Source: Candidatus Acidiferrales bacterium (GTDB lineage Bacteria > Acidobacteriota > Terriglobia > Acidiferrales > UBA7541). From it: 64,000 nt of DNA. A program made the translations under genes and the position numbers. The DNA lies in the NCBI GenBank assembly GCA_049287725.1, contig JBAQGJ010000123.1, positions 19,901 through 83,900 of the forward strand, in the 5' to 3' direction. Position 1 is the stretch's first letter. Every line of letters begins with the position of its first letter. Of this stretch, positions 1 through 9,369 are shown in pieces. A model generated the notes under the pieces. That model had not been told where the DNA came from and searched no databases. It was given only the letters and a program-made list of their open reading frames with translations.

Positions 1-336
1 TTTCTGCTGCCCAGCGACGAAGAATCGTTTGGTTTGGCGGCGCTCGAAGCCATGGCCTGCGAAGTCCCAGTGATTGCCACGAACGTCGGTGGTCTGCCGG
101 AGGTTGTGACCAACGGCGCGGACGGTTATCTGATTCCCCCGCGCGATATCGCGGCCGGAGCGCGCTATGCGCTCGAGATTCTGGCCCGGCCCGACCGCGG
201 ACGAGCGATGGGCCAGCAGGCGCGGGTCAATGCCAAATCGAAATACTGCGCGAATGACGTAATCCCGCAGTACGAAAGGTATTACGAGAGAGTGCTGGAG
301 CAAACCGGCGCCACCCGCCAAGTGCCTGCACTGTAA
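1..336 (+). CDS. Glycosyltransferase family 4 (GT-B), C-terminal fragment; 5' end outside window (BshA-like possible, not certain)
   Basis: Frame 1 is open from nt 1 (FLLPSDEESFGLAALEAMACEVPVIATNVGGLPEVV..GYL), the typical GT4 C-terminal donor-binding motif. Stop at 334-336. Confidence 0.8.
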   Translation, partial: FLLPSDEESFGLAALEAMACEVPVIATNVGGLPEVVTNGADGYLIPPRDIAAGARYALEILARPDRGRAMGQQARVNAKSKYCANDVIPQYERYYERVLEQTGATRQVPAL

Positions 337-535
337 TCCCTGTCCTTTCACTGTCTCTGTTCTGTCCCCGCGGCCTCAGTGTAAATTTTTGCGGAAATCG
401 AGCAATTTATTTACGTTACAGCAACTCCTGTAGGCTCTCAAGTTATTCACACAAAAGCACATGACTGGACTCATCTGGCAAGGCTCGTGCTCCTTCTACC
501 TCGCAGCCCAGCCGCTTGGTGACAACGGAGAGGAA

Positions 536-880
536 ATGAAACATCTATTCGCGGTCGCTACGGTGCTCGGATTCGTCATTTGTGTCGCGGTTCCTTCGGC
601 GAGTCCGAAATCAAACCTGGCCTCGGTTTCGGCAGTCCCCCACTTTATGTTTCAACAGCAATCTGACAACAAAGAGCAACCTCAAAAATTTGCTGGCGTG
701 ATCGCCTCCCTGAACGGCGAGCTTTTCGTCTTGAGAGATGACACAAATAACGTCTGGTACCACCTGGACAATCAAGACAAAGCCGGCAAATTCCTCGGGA
801 AGAAAGTTCTGGTCATCGGCACACTCGATGGACGCGCGGATGAAATTCTCATCCAGACCATCGAGGAAGAAAAAGGCTGA
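536..880 (+). CDS. Small secreted/envelope protein, unknown function
   Basis: ATG at 536 preceded by GGAGAGG. N-terminus MKHLFAVATVLGFVICVAVPSASP looks like a signal peptide. The longer 461 start has no such support. Confidence 0.5.
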   Translation: MKHLFAVATVLGFVICVAVPSASPKSNLASVSAVPHFMFQQQSDNKEQPQKFAGVIASLNGELFVLRDDTNNVWYHLDNQDKAGKFLGKKVLVIGTLDGRADEILIQTIEEEKG

Positions 881-932
881 AGAATCGCTACGAGGAACTA
901 AATCCAAGGAACACGGGATTCGTCTTATCGAC

Positions 933-1706
933 TCATGGGCGCTCGGCGATAGGCACGGGCTGTACGCTCTGAACGATTGTGTCTATATCGTCTTGCGCGA
1001 TCTTGCCGGAGGTGCCGGCCGCGACGGTGAGGATGAAGCGGTACTGCCGGTCGCGGTCGCTGAATACGCGCAGAGCGACGGGCCGCTGCTTGGCGGGATC
1101 TCCGAACTGAAATCCGCGAACTTTTCCCCAATCAAACGAATAGAACTGTCCGTCCGCCATCAGATCGAACCCGAAGGAAAGTTTCCACAGTAATAGTGCG
1201 TTCAACCTAAGCGCATCGCGTGTGCCCATCAGTGGCGAAAGCTGCGTGGGCGAGGCGCCGTAAACCGCCTGATACAGCTCGTAATTGGAATTGATCGGCT
1301 TGTCCGAGAATACAGTCGCAAACTTTTGATATTCGACGGGATTGGACGTCTTGATCGCCCGCATCGTGTCCACTTGCGATTCGGGATCGAAAAAGACGAT
1401 CACTTGCCCGGTGTCGTAGCGGAATTGTGTTGCGTTAAGCGAACCAACCGGCTTGGGGTTGCCAGGCCAAGGAGAATCGAACTCGTAATCGTACGCCTTC
1501 AGTACTGGCCCTTTCGCGGGCGCGGTCGGAGCCGGCAAGGGCTGAGGAGCTGTCGCTAGCCAGGGATTTTCAGACGTCCAGAGTTTCGCTTCGATCCAAG
1601 TGAGGGTTTGCAATCCAAATTTCACACTGTAGCCGGCGACCAAAAATACCACCACGAGAAGTATGATCGCCGACCGCGCGCCATTCTTTTCCGAGTCTTC
1701 GCTCAT
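933..1706 (-). CDS. N-terminally membrane-anchored hypothetical protein (257 aa)
   Basis: Single hydrophobic helix (AIILLVVVFLVAGY) followed by a Pro-rich linker and a soluble domain. Lies downstream of the LytS-type kinase on the same strand. Confidence 0.6.
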   Translation of the reverse strand: MSEDSEKNGARSAIILLVVVFLVAGYSVKFGLQTLTWIEAKLWTSENPWLATAPQPLPAPTAPAKGPVLKAYDYEFDSPWPGNPKPVGSLNATQFRYDTGQVIVFFDPESQVDTMRAIKTSNPVEYQKFATVFSDKPINSNYELYQAVYGASPTQLSPLMGTRDALRLNALLLWKLSFGFDLMADGQFYSFDWGKVRGFQFGDPAKQRPVALRVFSDRDRQYRFILTVAAGTSGKIAQDDIDTIVQSVQPVPIAERP

Positions 1707-1832
1707 TCCACCTGTTCGCCTAACCTGATATGTCGAGCGCCGCCATTCTACGCTATTAACAGGAGATATGTGGCGAAATGAGTACGTGACCCGAAGCTAC
1801 GCCTCACGCCGCTGCCGCACGAAGCGCAAAGT

Positions 1833-3149
1833 TCACAGCCCGGCGAATGGCTCCGCCGTGGCCAATTCAGGGATTTCGATGTGAATCAGCGTCCCCTGCC
1901 CTTCCTGGCTTCGTATGTCCATCTTGAACTGGTCCCCGTAAAGCAGCCGCAGGCGCTCGTGGACGTTGCTGATCCCAATTCCGCCACCGTACACGTCCGC
2001 TAGTCGCTCGGACGGAATGCCCATTCCGTTGTCCGAGATTTCAATCAGTAGCCGCCCGTCCACTTGACGCGTGCGCAGATGAATTTGTCCGCCTTCGAGC
2101 TTGGGCGCCAGGCCGTGCTTGATCGAATTCTCCACCATCGGTTGCAGCAACATGCTGGGGACAAAGATCTCCAAAGTTTGGTCGTCAATTTCTTTGAAAA
2201 TCTGCAATTTGTCGCGCCCGAAACGGATCACCTCGATATCCAGATAGTTGTCAATAAACTCAAGTTCCTCGCGCAACGGCACGAAGGTTTCGTGTTTGCG
2301 CAAAAGCCGTCGCAAAATATTGGAAAGCTTCAGCACTACCCCGCGGGCCATGTCTGGATCGAAGCGGATCAGCGAGGAAACCGTGTTCAGCGTGTTAAAG
2401 AGAAAGTGCGGATTAATTTGGCTGGTGAGCGCATCCATGCGCGCTTTGAGCAATAGCTGCTGGTTCTGCTCCAGGTTCATCTCGATGCGCGTGTTATTCC
2501 AGATCTTGATGGCCATCGCCACGCACATCATCGACGACATCACGATCAGCAGCGCATAGCCCCAGTTCGTAGGCCGGTAGAAAAATAGCCACTGGTCTTT
2601 CACTGCCTGCGCCAATTCAATTTCGCCGACCGTCACAGCCACGCAGGCAAAAAGTGGCAGCATCGCCCAGTTTCCCTTGCGATAACGAATCAGCTTCCAA
2701 ATCCATTCGGGAATACTGAGAAAAAGAAACGGACCGAAGTGCCAAACATCTTCTTTCTCGGGAATCGTCTCGCGCACGAAACCCGCCAGCAAACCCACCA
2801 GGGCCGCCCAGGGACTCGACAGCCATTCGTGATTGCCGAACGCCGGCAGGCTGATCAAAGAACCGCCGAGCAGGCCAACGATCCGTCCGCCGATCAATCC
2901 CATCAGAAACGAGCCTTCCAGCGTGAGGTCAAAAAAACGATAGCCGACCAGCCGCAAGAGGACGCCGATCGCGAGCGGTGGCGTGAGGAACAGCAGCAAC
3001 ATTACCTTCTGGTCGGAGTCGCGAATCTCGGTGAACAGCAAATTTCGGAATGAGCGGAAACGTACCAGCAAAGCCGCCAGAGACGCCGCGAAGCCCACTT
3101 TCAGCACCAGCGCGAACATCAACTCTTGCGTCCCTATCAGTGTGTTCAT
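1833..3149 (-). CDS. LytS/YehU-family sensor histidine kinase with multi-TM (5TMR-LYT-like) N-terminus
   Basis: INPHFLFNTLNTVSSLI H-box typical of the His_kinase (LytS) family. C-terminal HATPase motifs (QPMVENSIKHG, DNGMGI, GGIGISNVHERL). About 200 aa of TM helices at the N-terminus. Confidence 0.85.
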   Translation of the reverse strand: MNTLIGTQELMFALVLKVGFAASLAALLVRFRSFRNLLFTEIRDSDQKVMLLLFLTPPLAIGVLLRLVGYRFFDLTLEGSFLMGLIGGRIVGLLGGSLISLPAFGNHEWLSSPWAALVGLLAGFVRETIPEKEDVWHFGPFLFLSIPEWIWKLIRYRKGNWAMLPLFACVAVTVGEIELAQAVKDQWLFFYRPTNWGYALLIVMSSMMCVAMAIKIWNNTRIEMNLEQNQQLLLKARMDALTSQINPHFLFNTLNTVSSLIRFDPDMARGVVLKLSNILRRLLRKHETFVPLREELEFIDNYLDIEVIRFGRDKLQIFKEIDDQTLEIFVPSMLLQPMVENSIKHGLAPKLEGGQIHLRTRQVDGRLLIEISDNGMGIPSERLADVYGGGIGISNVHERLRLLYGDQFKMDIRSQEGQGTLIHIEIPELATAEPFAGL

Positions 3150-3300
3150 TTTGCGCGCAACGTGCGCTTCTCGAACCGTTCCTGAGCTACGTTAGCCAAA
3201 GCAGGCAACGATGTAAAGGGAACGAGCGGCGGTGATGCGTGAAGTCACCAACCGTCTCGGTGTAACACGAAGGGGTGAAAGCTGGCGATTCCGCCAAGCC

Positions 3301-3309
3301 TGCTATAAT
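3301..3309 (+). promoter_or_regulatory. Candidate extended -10 promoter element (TGcTATAAT) just upstream of ribA
   Basis: TGCTATAAT at 3301-3309, 10 nt before the ATG at 3320. No clear -35. Would give a very short or absent leader. Confidence 0.3.
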
Positions 3310-3319
3310 CAGAAATTCA

Positions 3320-3967
3320 ATGAAGCGCCGCAAAAAATCCGACATCTCCAGCAAGGCCCGCGTGGTCGCGAAGGCGCAATTGCCCACCGGCTTTGGCGAC
3401 TTCCAAATTTTCGGCCTCGAAGGACGCAAGCCCGGCGAAGAAGCGGTAGCGATTCAGCACGGCGCGATAAATGGCCGTGCAGGACGCGCGACGAACGGAG
3501 CCAAAGCGCCGCTGGTGCGCGTCCATTCCCAGTGCCTCACTGGCGACGTTTTCACGTCGGAACGCTGCGATTGCCGCGCCCAATTGGAATTCTCGCTGCG
3601 CAAAATCGCCAAGGAACCCTCCGGCGTCCTCCTGTACTTGCCGCAAGAAGGCCGGGGCATCGGTTTGATCAACAAGCTGAGGGCATACGAGCTACAGGAC
3701 GCCGGCCTCGACACCGTGGAAGCCAATCGCCGCCTCGGGTTCGCGGACGACACCCGAAATTACGAGTTCGCGGCCGAAGCGCTTAAGGCACTGGGCATTC
3801 GCGCCGTGCGCCTACTCTCCAATAATCCCGACAAGGTGAACCAATTGCAGCGTGCGGGCGTGCGCGTCGTTGAACGCGTGCCCTGCAGGCCGCGCACCAG
3901 CCGACATTCGGCCTCCTATTTGCGCACCAAGAAAGAAAAGCTCGGACATCTGCTGTCCGGCTTGTGA
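3320..3967 (+). CDS. ribA: GTP cyclohydrolase II
   Basis: LPTGFGDFQIFG, VRVHSQCLTGDVF.SERCDCRAQL (Zn cysteines), YLPQEGRGIGLINKLRAYELQD.GLDTVEAN. Start chosen at ATG 3320; the ORF is open from GTG 3275. Confidence 0.85.
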   Translation: MKRRKKSDISSKARVVAKAQLPTGFGDFQIFGLEGRKPGEEAVAIQHGAINGRAGRATNGAKAPLVRVHSQCLTGDVFTSERCDCRAQLEFSLRKIAKEPSGVLLYLPQEGRGIGLINKLRAYELQDAGLDTVEANRRLGFADDTRNYEFAAEALKALGIRAVRLLSNNPDKVNQLQRAGVRVVERVPCRPRTSRHSASYLRTKKEKLGHLLSGL

Positions 3968-4000
3968 CTCCCCGGAAGGCGCACTGCGAAAGGAGGCGTC

Positions 4001-4468
4001 ATGACGCTGGCGGATTCCATCTTGATGGAAATAGGGTTCCTAGCTATGCAACAACAAAACTCGCTGGATGTGGCATTGGCCTTCGTGGCGAAGATCAATT
4101 CCCACGACGTGAACGGCCTTGTGGAACTGATGACCGCCGATCACGTGTTCGTGGACGCCTTAGGCAGCACATTTCGCGGCGCTGAGCCGATGCGGCGGGG
4201 TTGGAAAGGTTATTTCGGTTCATTTCCAGACTATTCAATCGAAGTGACCGACCAATTCAATCGAGGTGACGTGGTCGCGATGTTCGGAAAGGCTCGCGGC
4301 ACGTTCGCCGTCAGCGGTAAATTGCCGCGGGAAAATTTTTGGGAAATACCCGCCGCGTGGAGAGCCGTCGTAAAGGATGGACGCGTCGCGGAATGGCGGG
4401 TCTATTGCGACGATGACCCCGCGCGCAAAATCATGACAGCCAACGCACCAGCCAAGACCAATCCCTAA
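4001..4468 (+). CDS. SnoaL/NTF2-like fold protein
   Basis: 155-aa ORF with a strong SD (AAAGGAGG, 6-nt spacer). FVAKINSHDVNGLVELMTADHVFVD pattern typical of SnoaL-like domains. Confidence 0.65.
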   Translation: MTLADSILMEIGFLAMQQQNSLDVALAFVAKINSHDVNGLVELMTADHVFVDALGSTFRGAEPMRRGWKGYFGSFPDYSIEVTDQFNRGDVVAMFGKARGTFAVSGKLPRENFWEIPAAWRAVVKDGRVAEWRVYCDDDPARKIMTANAPAKTNP

Positions 4469-4665
4469 CCACCGCCGACGAATTGCACGATTTCGAAGTT
4501 ATCGTTAGGCTCGACACGCGTCTCGTTCCACTCGGCGCGCGGCAGGATGTTCAGGTTACGCTCGATGGCCACGCGGTCGCGCGGCATGCTCAAGTGCTCG
4601 AGCATTCCGGCGATGTTCAAGCCGTCGGGGATTTCGCGATGTTCGCCGTTAATTGTTACGGTCAT
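4465..4665 (-). CDS. thiS: Sulfur-carrier protein ThiS (ThiS/MoaD beta-grasp family)
   Basis: 66 aa: MTVTINGEHREIP..L..AGMLE.L......VAIERN..ILPR.EW..T.V...D.FEIVQFVGGG, with the terminal GG. ATG at 4665 overlaps the upstream ORF stop (ATGA). Confidence 0.8.
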   Translation of the reverse strand: MTVTINGEHREIPDGLNIAGMLEHLSMPRDRVAIERNLNILPRAEWNETRVEPNDNFEIVQFVGGG

Positions 4666-5282
4666 TGCGCGGCGCCGGCGCCGGGAATTGTGGCGCGCGT
4701 GCGCATTGCGAAGCGAATTTCGTCTTTCCATGCTTCGGCTTGCGCATTGATCACCAGCGCCAGATCTCCCTTGCCGAGGGGAGGCAGCGGAAAATGGATC
4801 CGGACGCGCCCCTGTTCGTCGCTCGTGCCGCTGTAACTATCGCCGTCCAGCGCTCCTTCGATTACGGCTTTCACCTGCGCGCCAACTTGCGGCTGGCGAT
4901 CCGCACGCCGCGAGACTTCCAGTTCGAGAGACACCTTGCCCGCCGAAAGCCACGAGCCTGGATTGAGTAATTGCACCTGAATGCCACCGGGCCGGCTCGC
5001 CTGTGTGGCCGCCTCGGCGGAAGCGATCTCGACGTCCAACGCACCGGAGCGGATCGCTTCAATCACCGCGCGATGTTGTTCCTCCACTCGACGGCGGAGT
5101 TCTTCGGGTGTGTAGGGAGTCGCCGCCGCGTCCTGTTCGTAATTGGAAGCGCGCCGATGCAGGATGCGGCCATTCTGGTACACCGCGGTGTCTATGATCG
5201 GATGGTTGGGGCCGCGATCTTCGGTTTGCACGTGGAAGATCTGGTCGCCTACTTTAACGTCCGTGTTGAACCCGGAACTCAT
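4662..5282 (-). CDS. Hypothetical protein (206 aa), translationally coupled to thiS
   Basis: Uninterrupted ORF with coding-like composition. Its stop overlaps the thiS start by 4 nt. No motif recognised. Confidence 0.6.
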   Translation of the reverse strand: MSSGFNTDVKVGDQIFHVQTEDRGPNHPIIDTAVYQNGRILHRRASNYEQDAAATPYTPEELRRRVEEQHRAVIEAIRSGALDVEIASAEAATQASRPGGIQVQLLNPGSWLSAGKVSLELEVSRRADRQPQVGAQVKAVIEGALDGDSYSGTSDEQGRVRIHFPLPPLGKGDLALVINAQAEAWKDEIRFAMRTRATIPGAGAAQ

Positions 5283-5396
5283 TGACGGCCATTCCCTCTA
5301 CTCAGCGCGCGCACAAGTGAATTAAGCAATTCCGGTGTAATCGAGAGTTCATTTGACCGGCTGCACTCGGGCCGCTATTATAACAGCGCAAACAAA

Positions 5397-5768
5397 ATGA
5401 ACGGCAACTACCTCGACAACTATGGACCATTGTTGCTGATGTTTATACTCGCGTGCGGTTTGGCGGGGGCACTCGTTGTCGTATCTGCACTGGTAGGCAA
5501 ACACAAGCGTTCGCGCGAGAAAGATCAGCCGTATGAATGCGGCATCCGGCCGACGGGCGATGCGCGCGAACCAATCTCCGTGCAATTCTACATGGTGGCC
5601 TTGCTCTTTATTTTGTTCGATATCGAAGCCATCTTTCTGTATCCCTGGGCGTTGGTTTACAGCGATCTGAAGGTCTTCGGTTTTGTGGAGATGCTTCTTT
5701 ACATTATAATTTTACTGGCCGGCTACATTTACCTCTGGAAGAAGGGCGCGCTCGATTGGAGTCGTTGA
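5397..5768 (+). CDS. nuoA: NADH-quinone oxidoreductase subunit A (cluster 1)
   Basis: 123 aa, 3 TM. YECGI.P.GDAR...[21 protein letters not shown] motif. Confidence 0.9.
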   Translation: MNGNYLDNYGPLLLMFILACGLAGALVVVSALVGKHKRSREKDQPYECGIRPTGDAREPISVQFYMVALLFILFDIEAIFLYPWALVYSDLKVFGFVEMLLYIIILLAGYIYLWKKGALDWSR

Positions 5769-5797
5769 GCGGCCGCCCCTCAGGAAACGAACTCATA

Positions 5798-6274
5798 GTG
5801 CAAGCACAGGACGCCGATAAAAGCCCGGTAGTGCATAAACTCAAAGAGTGGGACGGTCAAGCTGTCTCGGAAGTGCTCGAATTCCGGGGCGAAATCACCG
5901 TCGTTGTGCCACGCGAGCATCTGAAACGCATCGCGGACTACCTGGCGACGGAACCCTCCCTCCGCTTTTCGTTCTTGTCGGATATTACGCCTGTAGACCG
6001 CTTCCCGCTTGAGCCGCGCTTTGAAATCAATTATCACCTCGTCTCGATTGATCGCCGCGACCGCCTGCGCCTGAAGGTCAAACTGGCAGGTAACGACCCG
6101 GCGCTGCCGTCCGTCACAGGCGTATGGCCTACAGCGAATTGGCACGAACGCGAAGCCTACGACCTCTTCGGCATACGCTTCGAGGGCCATCCCGACCTGC
6201 GCCGCATCCTGATGCCGGACGATTGGGAAGGGCACCCTTTGCGCAAGGACTACCCGACCGAGGGATACCGATGA
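5798..6274 (+). CDS. nuoC: NADH-quinone oxidoreductase subunit C (cluster 1)
   Basis: [45 protein letters not shown] at 5798 with AGGAAA upstream. The annotated longer ORF (5537) would overlap nuoA. Confidence 0.85.
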   Translation: MQAQDADKSPVVHKLKEWDGQAVSEVLEFRGEITVVVPREHLKRIADYLATEPSLRFSFLSDITPVDRFPLEPRFEINYHLVSIDRRDRLRLKVKLAGNDPALPSVTGVWPTANWHEREAYDLFGIRFEGHPDLRRILMPDDWEGHPLRKDYPTEGYR

Positions 6275-6314
6275 ACCGCTGCTCGCTAGCGTCGAAAAAG
6301 GAGTTTGCGCGACG

Positions 6315-7514
6315 ATGAGCACCACTGTCGAAACGCCGACTGGCGAAGCGCAAACAATGGTCCTGAACATGGGGCCGCAGCACCCGTCCACCCACGGCGT
6401 GCTCCGCGTGATTTTGGAGTTGAACGGCGAAATCGTGGTCAAAGCCGAACCGGTGATCGGCTATCTGCACACCGGGATCGAAAAATCCTGCGAAGCGAAG
6501 ACGTATTCGCAAGCCATCACGTTGACCGACCGCATTGATTATCTGGCACCGCTTTCGAATAATTTGGGCTATTGCCTCGCCGTCGAAAAAATTCTTGGCC
6601 TGGAAGTGCCCAAGCGCGCGCAATACATCCGCGTGTTGCTGACGGAATTGACGCGCTGCGCTTCGCACCTGGTGTGGCTGGGAACGCACGCGATTGACCT
6701 CGGCGCGATGAGCGTCTTTCTCTACACCTTCCGCGAGCGCGAAGAAATTCTGAAGATTTTCGAATATTTGTCCGGCCAGCGCATGATGACCAGCTATTTC
6801 CGCGTTGGCGGCCTGGCTCTGGAGCCGCCTCCGGATTGGCTCGACCGCGTTCGCCGGGTGATGGATTCCCTGCCCGGTCACATTGACGAATACGAAGACC
6901 TGCTCACCAAGAACAAGATCTGGCTCGGCCGCACGCAGGGTGTGGGAATCATCAGCGCCACCGACGCAATCGCGATGGGCTGCTCTGGTCCGATGCTTCG
7001 CGGCAGCGGCGTCGCCTACGACGTGCGCAAGGCGTTTCCCTATTCCAGTTACGACGAATTCGATTTCAACGTGGTGACGCAAACGGCGGGCGATTGCTAC
7101 GCCCGATACCAGGTGCGCGTCGCCGAGATTCGCGAAAGCATCAAAATCGTGAAGCAGGCCATGGAAAAAGTCCCGGCCACCGGCCCGTTCCGGACGGAAA
7201 TGCCCGGAATCATTCCCCCATCGCGCGAGGAAATGAAAACCTCGATCGAAGGCCTGATTTATCACTTCAAAATTTTCACGGAAGGTTTTGCGCCGCCGCC
7301 GGGCGAAGTTTATCAGGCAATCGAATCTCCGCGCGGAGAACTCGGCGTGTTCGTCGCCAGCGACGGCTCCGCGAAGCCCTTACGCGTGAAGTTTCGCGCG
7401 CCCTCATTCGTCAACTTGCAATGTCTGCCAAATCTTGCGCAGGGACGCCTGATCGCCGACGTGGTCGCTTGCATCGGCACAACTGATATCGTTCTGGGGG
7501 AAGTAGACCGCTAG
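6315..7514 (+). CDS. nuoD: NADH-quinone oxidoreductase subunit D (cluster 1)
   Basis: 399 aa. [26 protein letters not shown]-terminal [13 protein letters not shown]. Confidence 0.95.
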   Translation: MSTTVETPTGEAQTMVLNMGPQHPSTHGVLRVILELNGEIVVKAEPVIGYLHTGIEKSCEAKTYSQAITLTDRIDYLAPLSNNLGYCLAVEKILGLEVPKRAQYIRVLLTELTRCASHLVWLGTHAIDLGAMSVFLYTFREREEILKIFEYLSGQRMMTSYFRVGGLALEPPPDWLDRVRRVMDSLPGHIDEYEDLLTKNKIWLGRTQGVGIISATDAIAMGCSGPMLRGSGVAYDVRKAFPYSSYDEFDFNVVTQTAGDCYARYQVRVAEIRESIKIVKQAMEKVPATGPFRTEMPGIIPPSREEMKTSIEGLIYHFKIFTEGFAPPPGEVYQAIESPRGELGVFVASDGSAKPLRVKFRAPSFVNLQCLPNLAQGRLIADVVACIGTTDIVLGEVDR

Positions 7515-7547
7515 ATTTTCGCAGGTACACACGGACACAAGAGACCT

Positions 7548-9362
7548 ATGCAACTGCCGCCGGCACTTGAACAAAAATTTGCCACTCTGCTTGGCCGCTA
7601 TCCGGTGAAGCGCTCGGCGCTGATTCCGATGATGATGTACGCGCAGGATCATTTCGGCTTTCTGAGTGACGAGCTTCTTGCGGACATCGCACAGCGCCTG
7701 GACCTGACCATGACGCAGGTCACCGAGACGCTGGCCTACTATTCCATGCTGCGCCGCAAGCCAGTGGGGCGCTATCACATTCAAGTCTGCACGAATATTT
7801 CCTGCATGTTGCGCGGAGGCAACGAACTCTTCGCGCACGTGCAGAAGCGGCTGGGCATCGGGAACAAGGAAGTATCGCCCAGCGGCACCTTTTCGCTGGA
7901 AGAAGTGGAATGCATCGGCGCCTGTACCGGTGCGCCGGCCATGCAGGTGAATTTCGACTATTACGAAAATCTCGACCCCGAAAAAGTGGACGTGATTTTC
8001 GAACAGCTGCAGGACGGCCGGGTGCCCAAGCCCGTGCCGGTGATTTCCGGCGCGCTGCACGAGCGCAATCCCAACGAAATTCCCGTGATCAGCAAGCGCT
8101 TTGGCATCCCCAATTCGCGCTCGATAGACGTGTACCTGAACCACGAGGGCTATCAGGCGATGGACAAGGCGCTCAACGTCATGACGCCCGAGCAGATCAT
8201 TGACGAAATGAAGAAATCGAATCTGCGTGGTCGCGGGGGCGCGGGCTTTCCGGCCGGGATGAAATGGAGTTTCGTTCCCAAGGACAATCCCAAGCCGAAA
8301 TACATCCTGGCGAACGGTGACGAAAGCGAACCCGGCACCTCGAAGGACCGCCCGCTGCTGGAATTGGACCCGCACCAGCTGATCGAAGGAATGGTAATTG
8401 CCGCGCGCGCGATTGGCTCACATCAGGGCTACGTCTACATTCGTGGAGAATACCGCTATATTATTGACATCATGGAAACCGCAATCGCCGAAGCCTACGC
8501 GAAAGGCTATCTTGGCAAAAACATTCTCGGCAGCGGATTCGATTTCGAGCTGGCCGCGCACACGGGCGCGGGCGCTTACGAGTGCGGCGAGGAATCCGCG
8601 CTGATGGAATCGCTCGAAGGCAAGCGCGGCTATCCGCGCATCAAGCCTCCGTTTCCGGCTGTCGTCGGCCTTTACGGCGGCCCCACGGTGATCAACAACG
8701 TCGAAACGCTCAGCACCGTGCCGGCGATCATTCGCGGCGGCGGCGAATGGTACGCCAGTCTCGGCACTCCGAAAAATGGCGGGACGCGCCTCTATTCGAT
8801 TTCCGGCCACGTGAACAAGCCGGGTATTTACGAACTGCCACTCGGTTTCCCGCTTCGCAAACTGATCGAAGACGTCGCAGGCGGCGTTCGCGGCGGAAAG
8901 AAACTGAAAGCAGTTATCCCCGGCGGCAGTTCTTGTCCTTTGCTCAGTGCCGACGAAATTGATGTCAACATGGATTACGACTCCGTCGCGAAAATCGGCT
9001 CGATGCTCGGCTCCGGCGGCACCGTGATCATTGACGAAGACACCTGCATGGTGGACCTCGCGCGGCGCATCATGCATTTCTACGCGCACGAATCCTGCGG
9101 CTGGTGCATTCCTTGCCGCGAAGGCACCACTTGGCTGCGCAAAATGCTGGACCGCTTCCACGATGGCGGCGGACGCGCGGAAGACATTCCGCTGATTCAC
9201 GAACTTTCGCAGAACATGCTCGGGCGCACATTCTGCCCGCTGGGCGACGCTGCCGCTATGCCGACGATCAGCATCGTCAAGAAGTGGCGCAATGAATTTG
9301 AAGATCATCTCCAGGGCAAATGTGCGCACAAGCCGGCCGAGATGATTCTGGGAGCGCACTAG
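7548..9362 (+). CDS. nuoEF: Fused NuoE-NuoF (NADH-binding flavoprotein module) in one 604-aa ORF
   Basis: N-terminal ~160 aa is NuoE (CTNISC...CIGACTGAP 2Fe-2S cysteines), continuous with NuoF (GRGGAGFPAGMKWSF, ESCGWCIPCREG). No stop or frame change between them. Confidence 0.9.
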   Translation: MQLPPALEQKFATLLGRYPVKRSALIPMMMYAQDHFGFLSDELLADIAQRLDLTMTQVTETLAYYSMLRRKPVGRYHIQVCTNISCMLRGGNELFAHVQKRLGIGNKEVSPSGTFSLEEVECIGACTGAPAMQVNFDYYENLDPEKVDVIFEQLQDGRVPKPVPVISGALHERNPNEIPVISKRFGIPNSRSIDVYLNHEGYQAMDKALNVMTPEQIIDEMKKSNLRGRGGAGFPAGMKWSFVPKDNPKPKYILANGDESEPGTSKDRPLLELDPHQLIEGMVIAARAIGSHQGYVYIRGEYRYIIDIMETAIAEAYAKGYLGKNILGSGFDFELAAHTGAGAYECGEESALMESLEGKRGYPRIKPPFPAVVGLYGGPTVINNVETLSTVPAIIRGGGEWYASLGTPKNGGTRLYSISGHVNKPGIYELPLGFPLRKLIEDVAGGVRGGKKLKAVIPGGSSCPLLSADEIDVNMDYDSVAKIGSMLGSGGTVIIDEDTCMVDLARRIMHFYAHESCGWCIPCREGTTWLRKMLDRFHDGGGRAEDIPLIHELSQNMLGRTFCPLGDAAAMPTISIVKKWRNEFEDHLQGKCAHKPAEMILGAH

Positions 9363-9369
9363 GAAACGC

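Noticed and set aside
3150-3319. FMN (RFN) riboswitch upstream of ribA; the sequence contains GGGGTGAAAGCTGG...TTCCGCC.
   Set aside because: There is only a superficial resemblance. The conserved RFN core blocks could not be found, and a promoter-like -10 lies within 20 nt of the start codon.
5537-5797. N-terminal 87 codons of the 245-aa ORF that contains NuoC(1).
   Set aside because: It overlaps nuoA in another frame and has no similarity to NuoC or NuoB. GTG 5798 with an upstream AGGAAA gives a normal-length NuoC.
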